Shown piece by piece: positions 31,486 to 41,867 of a DNA stretch of 64,000 nucleotides. The notes under the pieces are model-generated. The model was not told the DNA's origin and did no database searches. It worked only from the letters and a program-made list of their open reading frames with translations. Origin of the DNA: Candidatus Gastranaerophilales bacterium. GTDB lineage: Bacteria; Cyanobacteriota; Vampirovibrionia; Gastranaerophilales; Gastranaerophilaceae. The stretch lies in the NCBI GenBank assembly GCA_017402995.1, contig JAFQOV010000004.1, positions 54,485-118,484 of the forward strand, read 5' to 3'. Position 1 is the first letter of the stretch. Each line of letters begins with the position of its first letter. The position numbers were made by a program, and so were the translations under genes.

Positions 31486-33231
31486 TTAGTTTAACAAATT
31501 TAAAACATCTTCTGTAATTAATTGTGGTGTTAAATGATATTTTTCGTATAGTTTTTCTTGCGAAATTCTATCTGTGAACTCTTTTTGTGCGCCAAAGTTT
31601 AAAACTTTTATGGTTGAATTTGCAAAATATCTTGAAATTTTTTCACCAAAACCACCATCTAAAACACCATCTTCAAGAGTTATCACAATAGAGTGGTCTT
31701 TTTTCAAACTTTCTAAAAGCTCTTTATCAACTCCTGTGATAAATTTTGGGTTGATAATTGTTGGGTTAATTCCTTTTTCATTCAATATTTTTTCTGTTTC
31801 TAAAGCCAAATTATAAAAATTACCAAGACCCAAAATTGCAACTTTTTCGCCTTTTTTGGTGATTTCATATTTGTTTAAAATTGAATAATTTGTTTCGTCT
31901 TTTTTGCCTGTTGATTTTAGCGGAATATATGGAACACGAATTGCAACAGGATAATCTTTTTGATTAACTGACCAATCTAACATTGCAAGATATTCCTCTT
32001 TGTTTGTTGGTGCAAGATAGACAATATTTGGAATATTAGAAATTAATGGAATATCAAAAACGCCAAGGTGCGTGCAATCTGCACCTGTGATTGCGCCCCA
32101 ATAGACTAAAATTGTCGCTGGAGAATTGTTTAGGGCTAAATCTTGCGACAATTGGTCGTATGTTCTTTGCACAAATGAGCTTAAAATTGCCAAAACAGGC
32201 TTTGCGCCACCTTTTGCAAGACCAGAAATAAACCCAATTCCATGTTCTTCTGAAATTGCAACGTCAACATAATTTTCGCCTAATTTTTCTCTAAATTCTT
32301 GGTAAAAACCTGTTGCCCCAGGGGTTGCTGGAGTTATTGCAACGATTGGTTCACCTTCTTCTTTTTTTCTTAAAATATAATCTGTTGTAATTGATTCATA
32401 TGTTTCAATGTTTTCAAATGTTTGGTTTTCATCTAAAAAGTTAGGCACTTGCCAGTGATATTTTTCTTTTTGAGCTTCCGCAGGTTTATATCCTTTTCCT
32501 TTAAGAGTGTGAAGATGAACAATAATCGGCTTTTTGGTATCTTTTACTTTTTTGAAAGTTTGGATTAATTTTTCAATATTATTTCCTTCTTCAAGATAGC
32601 AATAGTCAAAGCCAAGAGTTTTGAAGAAATTATTTTCATATTCTCCATTTGTTTTTCTTAATTGTTCAAGATTTTTATATAATCCGCCTTGGTTTTGAGC
32701 GATAGACATTTCATTATCATTAACAATAATAATAAAATTTCCATTAAAAATACTTGCCTGATTTAAACCTTCAAGCGCTTCACCGCCAGATAAAGAACCA
32801 TCTCCGATTAGAGCAATAACGTTAAAATCTTCTTTTTTTAAATCTCTTGCTTTAGCTAAACCTAAAGCCAAAGAAACTGAGGTTGATGTATGACCAATTG
32901 TAAAATGGTCATGGCAAGATTCATTTGGTGCGCTATAACCTGAAATTTTTGAATAGTATTCAGGGTTGAAAAAGCCTTCTTTTCTTCCTGTTATCATTTT
33001 GTGCGGATAACATTGGTGCGAAACGTCAAAAACAAATTTGTCCACAGGTGAATTAAAAACGTAATGCAGAGCAATCATAGTTTCAATAATACCCAAATCG
33101 GGTCCGACGTGTCCACCAATAGCATTTACTCTTTTTAAAATACCTTCTCTCATTTCATCTGCTAAGATATTCATTTCTTCAACAGATAATGTTTTCAAGT
33201 CTTTTGGTGAATTAATTTTATCTAAAATCAT
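31486..33231 (-). CDS. dxs: 1-deoxy-D-xylulose-5-phosphate synthase
   Basis: GGHVGPDLGIIETMIALHYVF, DVSHQCYPHKMITGR, TPP motif IGDGSLSGGEALEGLN. Confidence 0.88.
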   Translation of the reverse strand: MILDKINSPKDLKTLSVEEMNILADEMREGILKRVNAIGGHVGPDLGIIETMIALHYVFNSPVDKFVFDVSHQCYPHKMITGRKEGFFNPEYYSKISGYSAPNESCHDHFTIGHTSTSVSLALGLAKARDLKKEDFNVIALIGDGSLSGGEALEGLNQASIFNGNFIIIVNDNEMSIAQNQGGLYKNLEQLRKTNGEYENNFFKTLGFDYCYLEEGNNIEKLIQTFKKVKDTKKPIIVHLHTLKGKGYKPAEAQKEKYHWQVPNFLDENQTFENIETYESITTDYILRKKEEGEPIVAITPATPGATGFYQEFREKLGENYVDVAISEEHGIGFISGLAKGGAKPVLAILSSFVQRTYDQLSQDLALNNSPATILVYWGAITGADCTHLGVFDIPLISNIPNIVYLAPTNKEEYLAMLDWSVNQKDYPVAIRVPYIPLKSTGKKDETNYSILNKYEITKKGEKVAILGLGNFYNLALETEKILNEKGINPTIINPKFITGVDKELLESLKKDHSIVITLEDGVLDGGFGEKISRYFANSTIKVLNFGAQKEFTDRISQEKLYEKYHLTPQLITEDVLNLLN

Positions 33232-33359
33232 GGTTTTTTCCTTATTTCTATATAAACATTTTACTCAAAAAATATTTATATACACAAAAAAAGTATGCTA
33301 AAAATAGCATACTTTTTATATGAAATAAGTAATGATGTTATATTTTATGTTGTTATAAG

Positions 33360-33686
33360 TTATTCTGCAACTGTTTCTGCAACTTTTTCAGCTTTTTTTG
33401 GAAGTTTTTCAACAACGAAATCTTTAACTTTGTTGAATTTTTCTACAACGAAATCCCAAGCTTTTTTTGCGCCTTTAACAACAAAAGCACCCATTGCTTT
33501 GTAGCCTTCAGCTAATGCTGGAAGGATTTTTTTGAAGCCAGTTGCTTCAACTTTACCTTTACCTAATGCGAAAGCTGCTACTGCAGAAGCTGCTGCAACT
33601 GTTGCAACTGTTGCGCTAGAAACTACTGCTGCTTTTTTTGCTTTTGTGAAACCTTGAGAAGGTTGAATTGGTTGAATACCTGTCAT
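33360..33686 (-). CDS. small Ala/Val/Lys-rich hypothetical protein with one hydrophobic segment
   Basis: 108 aa; internal repeat DFVVEKFNKVK / DFVVEKLPKKAEK. The antisense ORF 33295..33504 was rejected. Confidence 0.45.
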   Translation of the reverse strand: MTGIQPIQPSQGFTKAKKAAVVSSATVATVAAASAVAAFALGKGKVEATGFKKILPALAEGYKAMGAFVVKGAKKAWDFVVEKFNKVKDFVVEKLPKKAEKVAETVAE

Positions 33687-33924
33687 AACAACACCTTACT
33701 TTCTATTATATTAATATCATACACCTATACAAAACTTGTGAATTTTTAAATTTGCTCTTGTTAATTTAGTTCTTTACAATAATTTACATAATAACATAAA
33801 ATTTATAACATTAAAATCCTTAAAAAGTAATATTTTAACTAATGTTAATATTTAATTTCAATGTGACAAAGCAAAATTTTTGCTATATTATATTCTCAGT
33901 AACAATTATTTAAGAGAGATTAAA

Positions 33925-34785
33925 ATGGGATACGAAATTTTATATAAAAGAGAATTATGTACAAACCAATATGAAATCAGAGTGAAGGCTCCTTTCATCA
34001 CAAAAAACGCACAAGCTGGGCAATTTATCATTTTAAGAACAGATAAAAACTCTGAAAGAATTCCTTTAACAATTGCTGATTACGATAGAAAAAATGAAAT
34101 TTTAACTATTGTATATATGGCTGTTGGATATACTACTAAAAAACTTGCTTCACTTGAAGTTGGAGATGAAATCGAAGATATCGTCGGCCCATTAGGTGTT
34201 GCTACGCATATTGAAAATTATGGAAATGTTATTTGCGTTGCTGGTGGCTATGGCGCTGCTCCTTGCTATTTGATTGCAAAAGCATTTAAGGAAGCTGGAA
34301 ATAATGTTCATATGGTTATGGGCGCAAGAACAAAAGATTTAATCTTTTGGGAAGACAAAATGAAACATGCTTGTAATGAATTGCACATCACAACAGATGA
34401 CGGCACCTTGGGTTATAAAGGTTTTACAACAGAAGTTGCAAAACAAATTATTGATAACGAAAAGGTAGATTACGTTATCGCCGTTGGGCCAATGCCAATG
34501 ATGAGAGCAGTTGCTGAATTAACAAGACCATATGGAATTAAAACTGAAGCTTCAATGAATCCAATTATGGTTGATGGTACTGGCATGTGTGGTGCATGTC
34601 GAGTTACAGTTGGTGGCAAAGTTAAATTTGCGTGTGTTGATGGACCTGATTTTGACGCACATCAAATTGATTTTGATGAAGTTATCAACAGAACAAGAAT
34701 ATATAAAAAAGAAGAAAAAAATTGCGACGAAACAAAATGTAATTTAATTAAAAAAGGTATAGAATTAGAAAAAGCAAACGCTTAA
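33925..34785 (+). CDS. PyrK/NfnA/SudB-like FAD/NAD(P)-binding ferredoxin reductase subunit with C-terminal 2Fe-2S cysteines
   Basis: GQFIILR...ERIPLTIADYD (FAD binding), GGYGAAP (NAD binding), CGACRV...C cluster motif; start at MGYEILYK is preferred. Confidence 0.75.
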   Translation: MGYEILYKRELCTNQYEIRVKAPFITKNAQAGQFIILRTDKNSERIPLTIADYDRKNEILTIVYMAVGYTTKKLASLEVGDEIEDIVGPLGVATHIENYGNVICVAGGYGAAPCYLIAKAFKEAGNNVHMVMGARTKDLIFWEDKMKHACNELHITTDDGTLGYKGFTTEVAKQIIDNEKVDYVIAVGPMPMMRAVAELTRPYGIKTEASMNPIMVDGTGMCGACRVTVGGKVKFACVDGPDFDAHQIDFDEVINRTRIYKKEEKNCDETKCNLIKKGIELEKANA

Positions 34786-34795
34786 GGAGTTTTGA

Positions 34796-34975
34796 ATGTC
34801 AGAACAAGTTAAAAAAAGAATACCATTTTGCCCAATGTTATCTATGGGCATAGGTGATTACAAAGTTTGTGTTCAAGATGATTGCGCTTGGTATATGTCT
34901 AGCACAAAAACTTGTGCAGCATATGTTATTGCGCACAATAACATATTAGAAATTAAATCTAAACAAGGAAAATAA
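34796..34975 (+). CDS. small Cys-rich hypothetical protein (59 aa), below the ORF-track cutoff
   Basis: AAGGAG RBS 7 nt upstream; [59 protein letters not shown]; the stop is 1 nt before the next gene's ATG. Confidence 0.45.
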   Translation: MSEQVKKRIPFCPMLSMGIGDYKVCVQDDCAWYMSSTKTCAAYVIAHNNILEIKSKQGK

Positions 34976-34976
34976 A

Positions 34977-36251
34977 ATGACCAAAAAGCCAATGACAATT
35001 ACTCAAAAAATATTTGCGCTGCATGCTAATAAAGATTATGTTGCGCCAAACGAGCTTATTGAAGCAAAGATTGATATTGCCTTGGCTAACGATATTACTG
35101 GTCCGATTGCGATTGATGAATTTAGAAAAACGGGCGCAAAAGCTGTTTTTGACAAGTCTGGTGTTGTTTTGGTTCCTGACCATTTCACTCCAAACAAAGA
35201 TATTAAATCTGCAATTCAAGCAAAAATCCTTCGCGAATTTATTTTTGAACAAGATTTAACTCACAAATTTGACGTTGGTACAATGGGAATTGAACATGCG
35301 CTTTTGCCAGAAAAAGGCATTGTGACTGCGGGCGATTTGATTATTGGCGCCGATTCTCATACTTGCACATATGGTGCTTTGGGTGCTTTTTCAACTGGTG
35401 TTGGCTCAACAGATTTAGGTTGCGCTATGGCAGCAGGAGACACTTGGTTTAAGGTTCCAGAAAGCATTAAAGTTGTTTTTGAAGGCGAAATGCCAAAATA
35501 TTTAACCGCAAAAGATTTAATTTTGCACCTAATTGGCGATATTGGCGTTGACGGTGCTTTATATAAAGCTCTTGAATTTACCGGCAGTGCAATTCGCAAA
35601 ATGTCTATGGATCAAAGACTAACTCTTTGCAACATGGCAATTGAAGCGGGTGCTAAAAATGGCATAATAGAACCTGATGAAATCACAAAAGAATATTTAA
35701 AAAATCGCTCAATTAGAGAGCCAAAATTTTTATATAGCGACGAAGATGCGCCATATGAAAAAGTTTTGGTTTATGATGTATCTAAAATTCCTTTAACTGT
35801 TGCATATCCTCATTTGCCTGAAAACACACACAGTGTTGAAGAAGCAATTAAAGAAAACATAAAAATTGACCAAGTTGTAATTGGTAGTTGTACAAATGGT
35901 CGTTTGGAAGATTTGAAAATGGCGGCTGAAATTTTCAAAGGCAAAAAAGTACACCCTCGCGTTCGCGCGATTGCTTTTCCAGCAACTCAAGATATTATTT
36001 TGAAAGCAATTGAACTTGGATATTACCAAACGCTGATTGAAGCAAATGTTGCAATTTCAACCCCAACATGCGGTCCTTGTTTGGGTGGACATTGTGGAAT
36101 TTTGGCAGATGATGAAGTTTGCGTTTCAACAACAAACCGCAATTTTGTTGGCAGAATGGGACATACGTCATCTAAAATTTATCTTGCAAGCCCATATGTT
36201 GCCGCTGCAAGTGCGATTATGGGTCGAATTGCTAGTCCAGAGGAAATATAG
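34977..36251 (+). CDS. leuC: aconitase-family dehydratase large subunit (3-isopropylmalate/homoaconitate dehydratase LeuC/HacA type)
   Basis: 424 aa; [43 protein letters not shown]. Confidence 0.8.
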   Translation: MTKKPMTITQKIFALHANKDYVAPNELIEAKIDIALANDITGPIAIDEFRKTGAKAVFDKSGVVLVPDHFTPNKDIKSAIQAKILREFIFEQDLTHKFDVGTMGIEHALLPEKGIVTAGDLIIGADSHTCTYGALGAFSTGVGSTDLGCAMAAGDTWFKVPESIKVVFEGEMPKYLTAKDLILHLIGDIGVDGALYKALEFTGSAIRKMSMDQRLTLCNMAIEAGAKNGIIEPDEITKEYLKNRSIREPKFLYSDEDAPYEKVLVYDVSKIPLTVAYPHLPENTHSVEEAIKENIKIDQVVIGSCTNGRLEDLKMAAEIFKGKKVHPRVRAIAFPATQDIILKAIELGYYQTLIEANVAISTPTCGPCLGGHCGILADDEVCVSTTNRNFVGRMGHTSSKIYLASPYVAAASAIMGRIASPEEI

Positions 36252-37577
36252 ATGAAAAAAGTTTTTCTTTGCCTCGCTTGTTTGATTTTTTCTTTCACTT
36301 CTGCAAAAGCAGATGAAATTGACAAACTAATTAAAGAATTTAATTTAAATAAAAAGTCCGAATTGAGCGTATATGTTAAAAATTTGGACACAAATAAAGT
36401 TTTATATAAAAAACATTCAAATAAACCTCTAAACCCTGCAAGCACTTTAAAGGTTTTATCGTACGGCGCAAGTTTATTGGTTTTAGGAAGTGATTACGAA
36501 TTTCAAACAGAATTGTTTGAAGACGGAAAAGACCTTTATTTAAAGCTTTCTGGCGATACAAAATTAACCTCTAAGGATTTAAAAAAACTTTTATCTAATG
36601 TTAAAAATAAAGAATATGAAAATATTTATATAGATAATTCTATTTTTGCAGATGAAAAATATCCAACCTCTTGGCTTGAAGAAGATAAATTTCCAAATCA
36701 AAGAGAGCTTTCGACATATATAATTGATAATAATATGGTAAAAATTGGCGTTAAACGCTCAAGTTTGGCGACAAATATTGAAATAATCCAAGAAGATGAA
36801 TATAAAATTGCGATAATTAACGATTTGAAAAATGCGCAAAATAATGAACAAAAAATCAAAATTGAAAGACTTCACGGCGAAAATGCACCAATTTTAACCT
36901 TTAGTGGTGAAATTTCAAAAGACGAAGTTATTAATTTGCCTGTGTTAAATCCTGAAATCAACTTTATGGTTAAATTTCAAAAAGCGCTAGATGACAATAA
37001 AATCGTTTGTTTGAAAAAGATAGTTAATAAAAATGTTCCACAAAATGCGCTTAAAATTGCTGAAATTTCTAGAAATATCACCGATTTTTCAAATGATATT
37101 TTATATCGTTCTGATAATTTTACATCTGAAATCATCACAAAAGTTGCAACAGCAAAATATATTAACTATTCACACCCTGCAGGGTTTGTTGATGAAATTA
37201 ATATGTTAAATGACATTTTTAATATATCTGATGAAAAAATCCAAATCGCTGACGCTAGCGGAGTTTCAAGGAAAAATTTAATCACAACAGAATTTTATAT
37301 TAATTCAATTGAAATGCTTTTTGATAAAACCCTAATTTCAAACATGTTAATGGGTGCAAACCAAGGCACAATGAGCGGAAGAGGTTTGTTTTTAAAAGAT
37401 AATTTAAAAGCAAAAACAGGAACGTTAAAAAATTATTCTTCAATTTTTGCAAATTTAATTACAAAAAATAATAATAATCTTGTTTTAATTTCAATTGAAC
37501 AAGATTCAACTCTTAGAAAAGCTTTGCTTAAAAATTTCGAGGATATGTTAATCGGTTTGCTTTATAAAAAATATTAA
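36252..37577 (+). CDS. dacB: D-alanyl-D-alanine carboxypeptidase/endopeptidase, PBP4 (S13) family
   Basis: Signal peptide; SxxK (ASTLK), SxN (RSDNF), KTG (KAKTGT). Confidence 0.72.
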   Translation: MKKVFLCLACLIFSFTSAKADEIDKLIKEFNLNKKSELSVYVKNLDTNKVLYKKHSNKPLNPASTLKVLSYGASLLVLGSDYEFQTELFEDGKDLYLKLSGDTKLTSKDLKKLLSNVKNKEYENIYIDNSIFADEKYPTSWLEEDKFPNQRELSTYIIDNNMVKIGVKRSSLATNIEIIQEDEYKIAIINDLKNAQNNEQKIKIERLHGENAPILTFSGEISKDEVINLPVLNPEINFMVKFQKALDDNKIVCLKKIVNKNVPQNALKIAEISRNITDFSNDILYRSDNFTSEIITKVATAKYINYSHPAGFVDEINMLNDIFNISDEKIQIADASGVSRKNLITTEFYINSIEMLFDKTLISNMLMGANQGTMSGRGLFLKDNLKAKTGTLKNYSSIFANLITKNNNNLVLISIEQDSTLRKALLKNFEDMLIGLLYKKY

Positions 37578-38752
37578 TTTTTTAATTCTTCAACCTTTAA
37601 ACCAATTTGTTTGATGATATCTAAAAGTTTTTCGTTTTTTTCTTTTTTATTATCAATCACTTCTCTTTTTTTGAAGATGAAATTTTGAGTTTTAAAATTG
37701 TCTAAATATGAATTTTTAAAATTAAAAATCATGTTACAAAGAGGCTTATCAAGATATCTTTTTTCTTCGCATAAAAATACAAAAATTTCACACAAATAAA
37801 GATATGAATTGAATGGATTTTTCTTTTCAAATTCTTTTTGGAATTTTGTAAAATATTCAAAAAGCTTTTTATATTTTTTTAACAAGCCTTCTCTTTTTTG
37901 CGGTAAATGATTTTTTAAATAGTCATTTGTTCTTTTATAGCCTGTTTCAAAAAGTTCTTTTTTCTTTTCTTTTGAAATCAAAAAGTCCACAACAGAGATA
38001 TCTTGTGTATTAATTTTAATGTAGTCAAATTTATCTTTTTCGTTATATAAATCAATAATATAATCGGTTGCAAATCCGCAAATAGCGTTGTAAACGCGAT
38101 TTAAATATTCAATTGAATTATTAATTTTTTTAGGAGTTTCATTGTCCTCTAGGCGAAATTCCAAAATTCTTTCCGGTAAATTTTTAATCGTATTTGTTGC
38201 GCGCCAAAGAGGAATTGACTTTAGCAAATCTCCATCAACAATTAAATTGTCATCAAGTTCTAATGGAACAAACAAACCAGGCATTGAAACACTTGCTCTG
38301 ACTGCTTTTGCAATTTCAAAATCGGGCGTTAATTCTCTTGAAAATTCTTTAAATTTCATATTGGTTAAATCAATCGAATAAATAACAAGTTTTTCTTTGA
38401 TATCGCCAAACGTTACGGGTTTCATTGAGCCTTTTTTATAGTTTTGTTTGTAAAATTTTGCCTCAATTTTATCTCTCATCCAATCAAGAAATCTATTTCC
38501 TTTGGACAATGCAAGTTCTTGTTTTAGTGTGATGTTTAAATCAATAAACAAGTCAAAACCCGTATTTGAAAATATTTCATATATCTCATCATATGAATAT
38601 CCAAGAGTATACATTGTTGCAAAAACTGCGCCAATTGAGCTTCCAGCACAACCTGTCAGACGAATATCGTTTTCAAGCAAAGCTTTGTATGCTCCACAAT
38701 AACTAATTCCTCTAATTCCACCACCACCAAAAATTGCAAAATAATTTTTCAT
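37574..38752 (-). CDS. patatin-like phospholipase
   Basis: GGGIRG oxyanion motif, GSSIG (GxSxG), DGD catalytic Asp; the start codon overlaps the motB stop (TAATG). Confidence 0.85.
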   Translation of the reverse strand: MKNYFAIFGGGGIRGISYCGAYKALLENDIRLTGCAGSSIGAVFATMYTLGYSYDEIYEIFSNTGFDLFIDLNITLKQELALSKGNRFLDWMRDKIEAKFYKQNYKKGSMKPVTFGDIKEKLVIYSIDLTNMKFKEFSRELTPDFEIAKAVRASVSMPGLFVPLELDDNLIVDGDLLKSIPLWRATNTIKNLPERILEFRLEDNETPKKINNSIEYLNRVYNAICGFATDYIIDLYNEKDKFDYIKINTQDISVVDFLISKEKKKELFETGYKRTNDYLKNHLPQKREGLLKKYKKLFEYFTKFQKEFEKKNPFNSYLYLCEIFVFLCEEKRYLDKPLCNMIFNFKNSYLDNFKTQNFIFKKREVIDNKKEKNEKLLDIIKQIGLKVEELKN

Positions 38753-39729
38753 TATTTCTCCATAAATGTTGGTTTTTGTCCGTCGTGCATGTAATCAAAA
38801 TCTTCTAATAAATCTAAGCGTTTGTTTTCGCTTTCATATGTATTTGTCATATCAATTACATTTTTCAAAAGTTCTTTGTCGTTTCCAACAAGCCCTTCAA
38901 TCGCTTTTGAAGGCTGTTTTTTAATTTTTGCTTGTTTTTGTTGCTCTTGAACTTCTTTTAAAATAGCGTTCATATTTTTCTTAGACATATTTTTGTTTTT
39001 ATTTTTCAAAATAATAATCTCAACACGTCTATTTTTCGCTTTGTTTTGAATGGTTGTGTTTGGAACAATTGGTACAGTATCTGCTAAGCCTGTTGCCATA
39101 AATATTTTTGAATTAAATCCATGGTTTTTAATTAAATATCTAATTACGCTTGCCGCACGAGCAGATGATAACTCCCAGTTTGATGGGAATTTTGAGCTAA
39201 TAATTGGGTCAGAATCGGTATGTCCTTCGACTTCAATAAAGTGAATTGAAAATTTCTCTTTGATAATTTTTGCAACTTGAGACAAAGTTTTTAATGATTC
39301 ATCTGTCAAATCTGCAGTTGCTGGTTTAAACTTGATTGCATGTTCATCAAAGCGGATAACAAGCCCTCTGTCGTCTTGCGTTGCACTCAAACCGTCTTGG
39401 TGTAGGTTTTCAATATTTTCTTCAATTTCATCAAAAGACGATTGTTCATATTTTTGGCTCATATATTCAAGCATTAGCGGATTTGTCGCGCCTTCGTATC
39501 CGTCAAAAACTGAATCTGTACCGTTTAAAATGCTTGTTTGATTGTCAAAAACACTTTGTTGAAACGCTCTTTTAAGCGCTTCTTCAATTCCTTTGAAAGA
39601 ATTAACGTCAGATTGTGCTAGGGCATATAACACAACAAAAGTTGCGAACAAAAGCGTCATAAAGTCGGCATATGAAACCAGCCAACGCTCAAGGTTTTCG
39701 TGTTCTTCTGCGTGCTTTTTCTTTGCCAT
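38752..39729 (-). CDS. motB: flagellar stator protein MotB (OmpA-like C-terminal domain)
   Basis: WLVSYADFMTLLFATFVVLYA plug/TM region with conserved Asp; OmpA-like GHTDS...NRRVEI. Confidence 0.82.
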   Translation of the reverse strand: MAKKKHAEEHENLERWLVSYADFMTLLFATFVVLYALAQSDVNSFKGIEEALKRAFQQSVFDNQTSILNGTDSVFDGYEGATNPLMLEYMSQKYEQSSFDEIEENIENLHQDGLSATQDDRGLVIRFDEHAIKFKPATADLTDESLKTLSQVAKIIKEKFSIHFIEVEGHTDSDPIISSKFPSNWELSSARAASVIRYLIKNHGFNSKIFMATGLADTVPIVPNTTIQNKAKNRRVEIIILKNKNKNMSKKNMNAILKEVQEQQKQAKIKKQPSKAIEGLVGNDKELLKNVIDMTNTYESENKRLDLLEDFDYMHDGQKPTFMEK

Positions 39730-40502
39730 TAAGCCTTAGCTCCTTGTTGTTTTGCTTTTTTGTCAACGATATAACATTCTAATTTTCTTTCAATCAAAGC
39801 TGGTGATTCGCCCGCTTGGATAGATAAAATACCTTCAATCATTAATTCCATTGAAGTGAAAATGTGTGCATATTTTCTTTTTGCACGTGTTGAATATGGA
39901 ATTGTGAAAAGGTTTGCAACAACAAGACCGTAAATTGTCGCAACGAAAGCAACCGCAATACCGGCGCCAAGTTTTGACGGGTCAGATAAGTTCTGCATAA
40001 CTTGGATTAAGCCCAATACCGCACCAATGATACCCAACGTTGGAGAGTAACCACCCGCAGACTCTAAAACCTTTGCGCCTGCCGCAATTTTTTCTTGCAT
40101 TTGAGATAATTGTGTTTCCATCATGTCTTTGACTAATGTTGGATCGGCGCCGTCAGCAACTGCTTCTAGTCCAAGTTTTAATAATGGGTGAGAAGCATTT
40201 TTCGCTTCTTTTTCTAAGATAATTACCCCTTCTTTTCTGGCTTTTTGTGCGTAGCCAATGATTTCTTCGATTATTGTTTCAAATTTTGGTGGTTTGCCAA
40301 AATATACAACACCAATACAGTGACCTGCTGTTTTAAAGTCTTCAATTGGAAAACTTAAAAAAACAGCCCCAGCTGTACCACCTACAACGATAAACGCCGC
40401 TGTGATTTGTAATAATTGACCAATATTACCACCTTCAAGGGCTTGACCTGCTAAAATGAAACCTAAACCTAAAAAGGTACCTATTAATGCTGCTATATCC
40501 AT
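39729..40502 (-). CDS. motA: flagellar stator protein MotA
   Basis: 257 aa, four TM segments, MotA/TolQ/ExbB C-terminal block GIIGAVLGLIQVM...AFVATIYG; coupled to motB. Confidence 0.82.
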   Translation of the reverse strand: MDIAALIGTFLGLGFILAGQALEGGNIGQLLQITAAFIVVGGTAGAVFLSFPIEDFKTAGHCIGVVYFGKPPKFETIIEEIIGYAQKARKEGVIILEKEAKNASHPLLKLGLEAVADGADPTLVKDMMETQLSQMQEKIAAGAKVLESAGGYSPTLGIIGAVLGLIQVMQNLSDPSKLGAGIAVAFVATIYGLVVANLFTIPYSTRAKRKYAHIFTSMELMIEGILSIQAGESPALIERKLECYIVDKKAKQQGAKA

Positions 40503-40634
40503 AAATGTATAAGACTCCTAATTTATAGTTTAATTATCTAAAAAACTCTTTAATTTGTTATCATACAATTAATTGAAATGTATATTTTCTATGTTTGATT
40601 TATAATAATTTCATTAGATTTTAAGGAGTTCAAA

Positions 40635-41867
40635 ATGGGTTTAACTTTAGCGCAAAAAATCTTATCAGCACACGCTGATCATGAAGTAAAAATTGGCGAA
40701 TTAACAATTGCAAATGTTGATGTTTGCGCAACGCAAGATGGCACAGGTCCTTTGGCGATTAAAGAATTTAAAAAATTAAATAAGCCATTAAAAAATCCAA
40801 AAAGAACAATTCTTTTTATTGATCATGCCGCTCCATCACCTAGAAAAGAATTATCTGACGCGCATATAATCATTCGTGATTTTGCGCAAGAATATGGTGC
40901 AGTCTTGTCTGATATTGGTTGCGGTGTTTGTCATCAACGACTAATTGAAGATTATGTTAACCCTGGTGAAATCCTTGTTGGCGCAGATTCACATACTTGC
41001 ACATCTGGCGCACTAGGTGCTTTTGCAACCGGTATGGGCTCAACTGATATTGCAGTTTCAATGGCATATGGCAAAACTTGGTTTAAAGTTCCACCTTCAT
41101 TTAAAATTGAAGTAACAGGAAAGTTTAAGCCAAACGTTGTTTCTAAAGATTTAATGCTATATTTAATTGGCATGATTGGTGCAGATGGCGCAACATATAA
41201 AGTTTTAGAATTTTGCGGTGAAACAATTGAAAACATGTCTATGTCTGAACGTTTCACATTAGCCAACATGGCCGTTGAAGCGGGTGCTAAAGCTGGTTTA
41301 TTTGAGACAGATGAAAAAACTCGTGAATTTTTAGCTTCTCGCAATAGAGCAGATAAATTTAAAGAAATTAAAATGGATAAAGATGCTCAATATGAAAGAA
41401 TAATCAAAATTGACGCATCAGAAATCGAGCCAATGGTTTCTTGTCCACATACCGTTGATAATACTAAAAAAGCTTCTGAATTAAACGATATTAAAGTAAA
41501 TCAAGTTTTTGTTGGCACTTGTACAAATGGCAGAATTGAAGATTTAAGAGTTGTGGCTGAAGTTTTAAAAGGGCAAAAAGTTGCGCCTCATACAAGAATG
41601 ATAATTGTTCCAGCCTCAAAAGATATTTATGTTCAAGCGGCTAAAGAAGGCTTGCTTGAAATTTTCCTTGAAGCTGGTGCAAACTTGTTACCTTCTGGTT
41701 GCGGACCTTGCGTTGGTGTACATGGCGGAATTTTGGGAGATGGCGAAGTTTGCTTGGCAACTCAAAACCGCAATTTCCAAGGCAGAATGGGTAATGTAAA
41801 CGGTTTTATTTATCTTTCAAGCCCATACACAGCTGCAAAATCTGCAATTAAAGGATATATTTGCTAA
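40635..41867 (+). CDS. second aconitase-family dehydratase large subunit (LeuC/HacA type paralogue)
   Basis: 410 aa; [43 protein letters not shown]. Confidence 0.8.
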   Translation: MGLTLAQKILSAHADHEVKIGELTIANVDVCATQDGTGPLAIKEFKKLNKPLKNPKRTILFIDHAAPSPRKELSDAHIIIRDFAQEYGAVLSDIGCGVCHQRLIEDYVNPGEILVGADSHTCTSGALGAFATGMGSTDIAVSMAYGKTWFKVPPSFKIEVTGKFKPNVVSKDLMLYLIGMIGADGATYKVLEFCGETIENMSMSERFTLANMAVEAGAKAGLFETDEKTREFLASRNRADKFKEIKMDKDAQYERIIKIDASEIEPMVSCPHTVDNTKKASELNDIKVNQVFVGTCTNGRIEDLRVVAEVLKGQKVAPHTRMIIVPASKDIYVQAAKEGLLEIFLEAGANLLPSGCGPCVGVHGGILGDGEVCLATQNRNFQGRMGNVNGFIYLSSPYTAAKSAIKGYIC

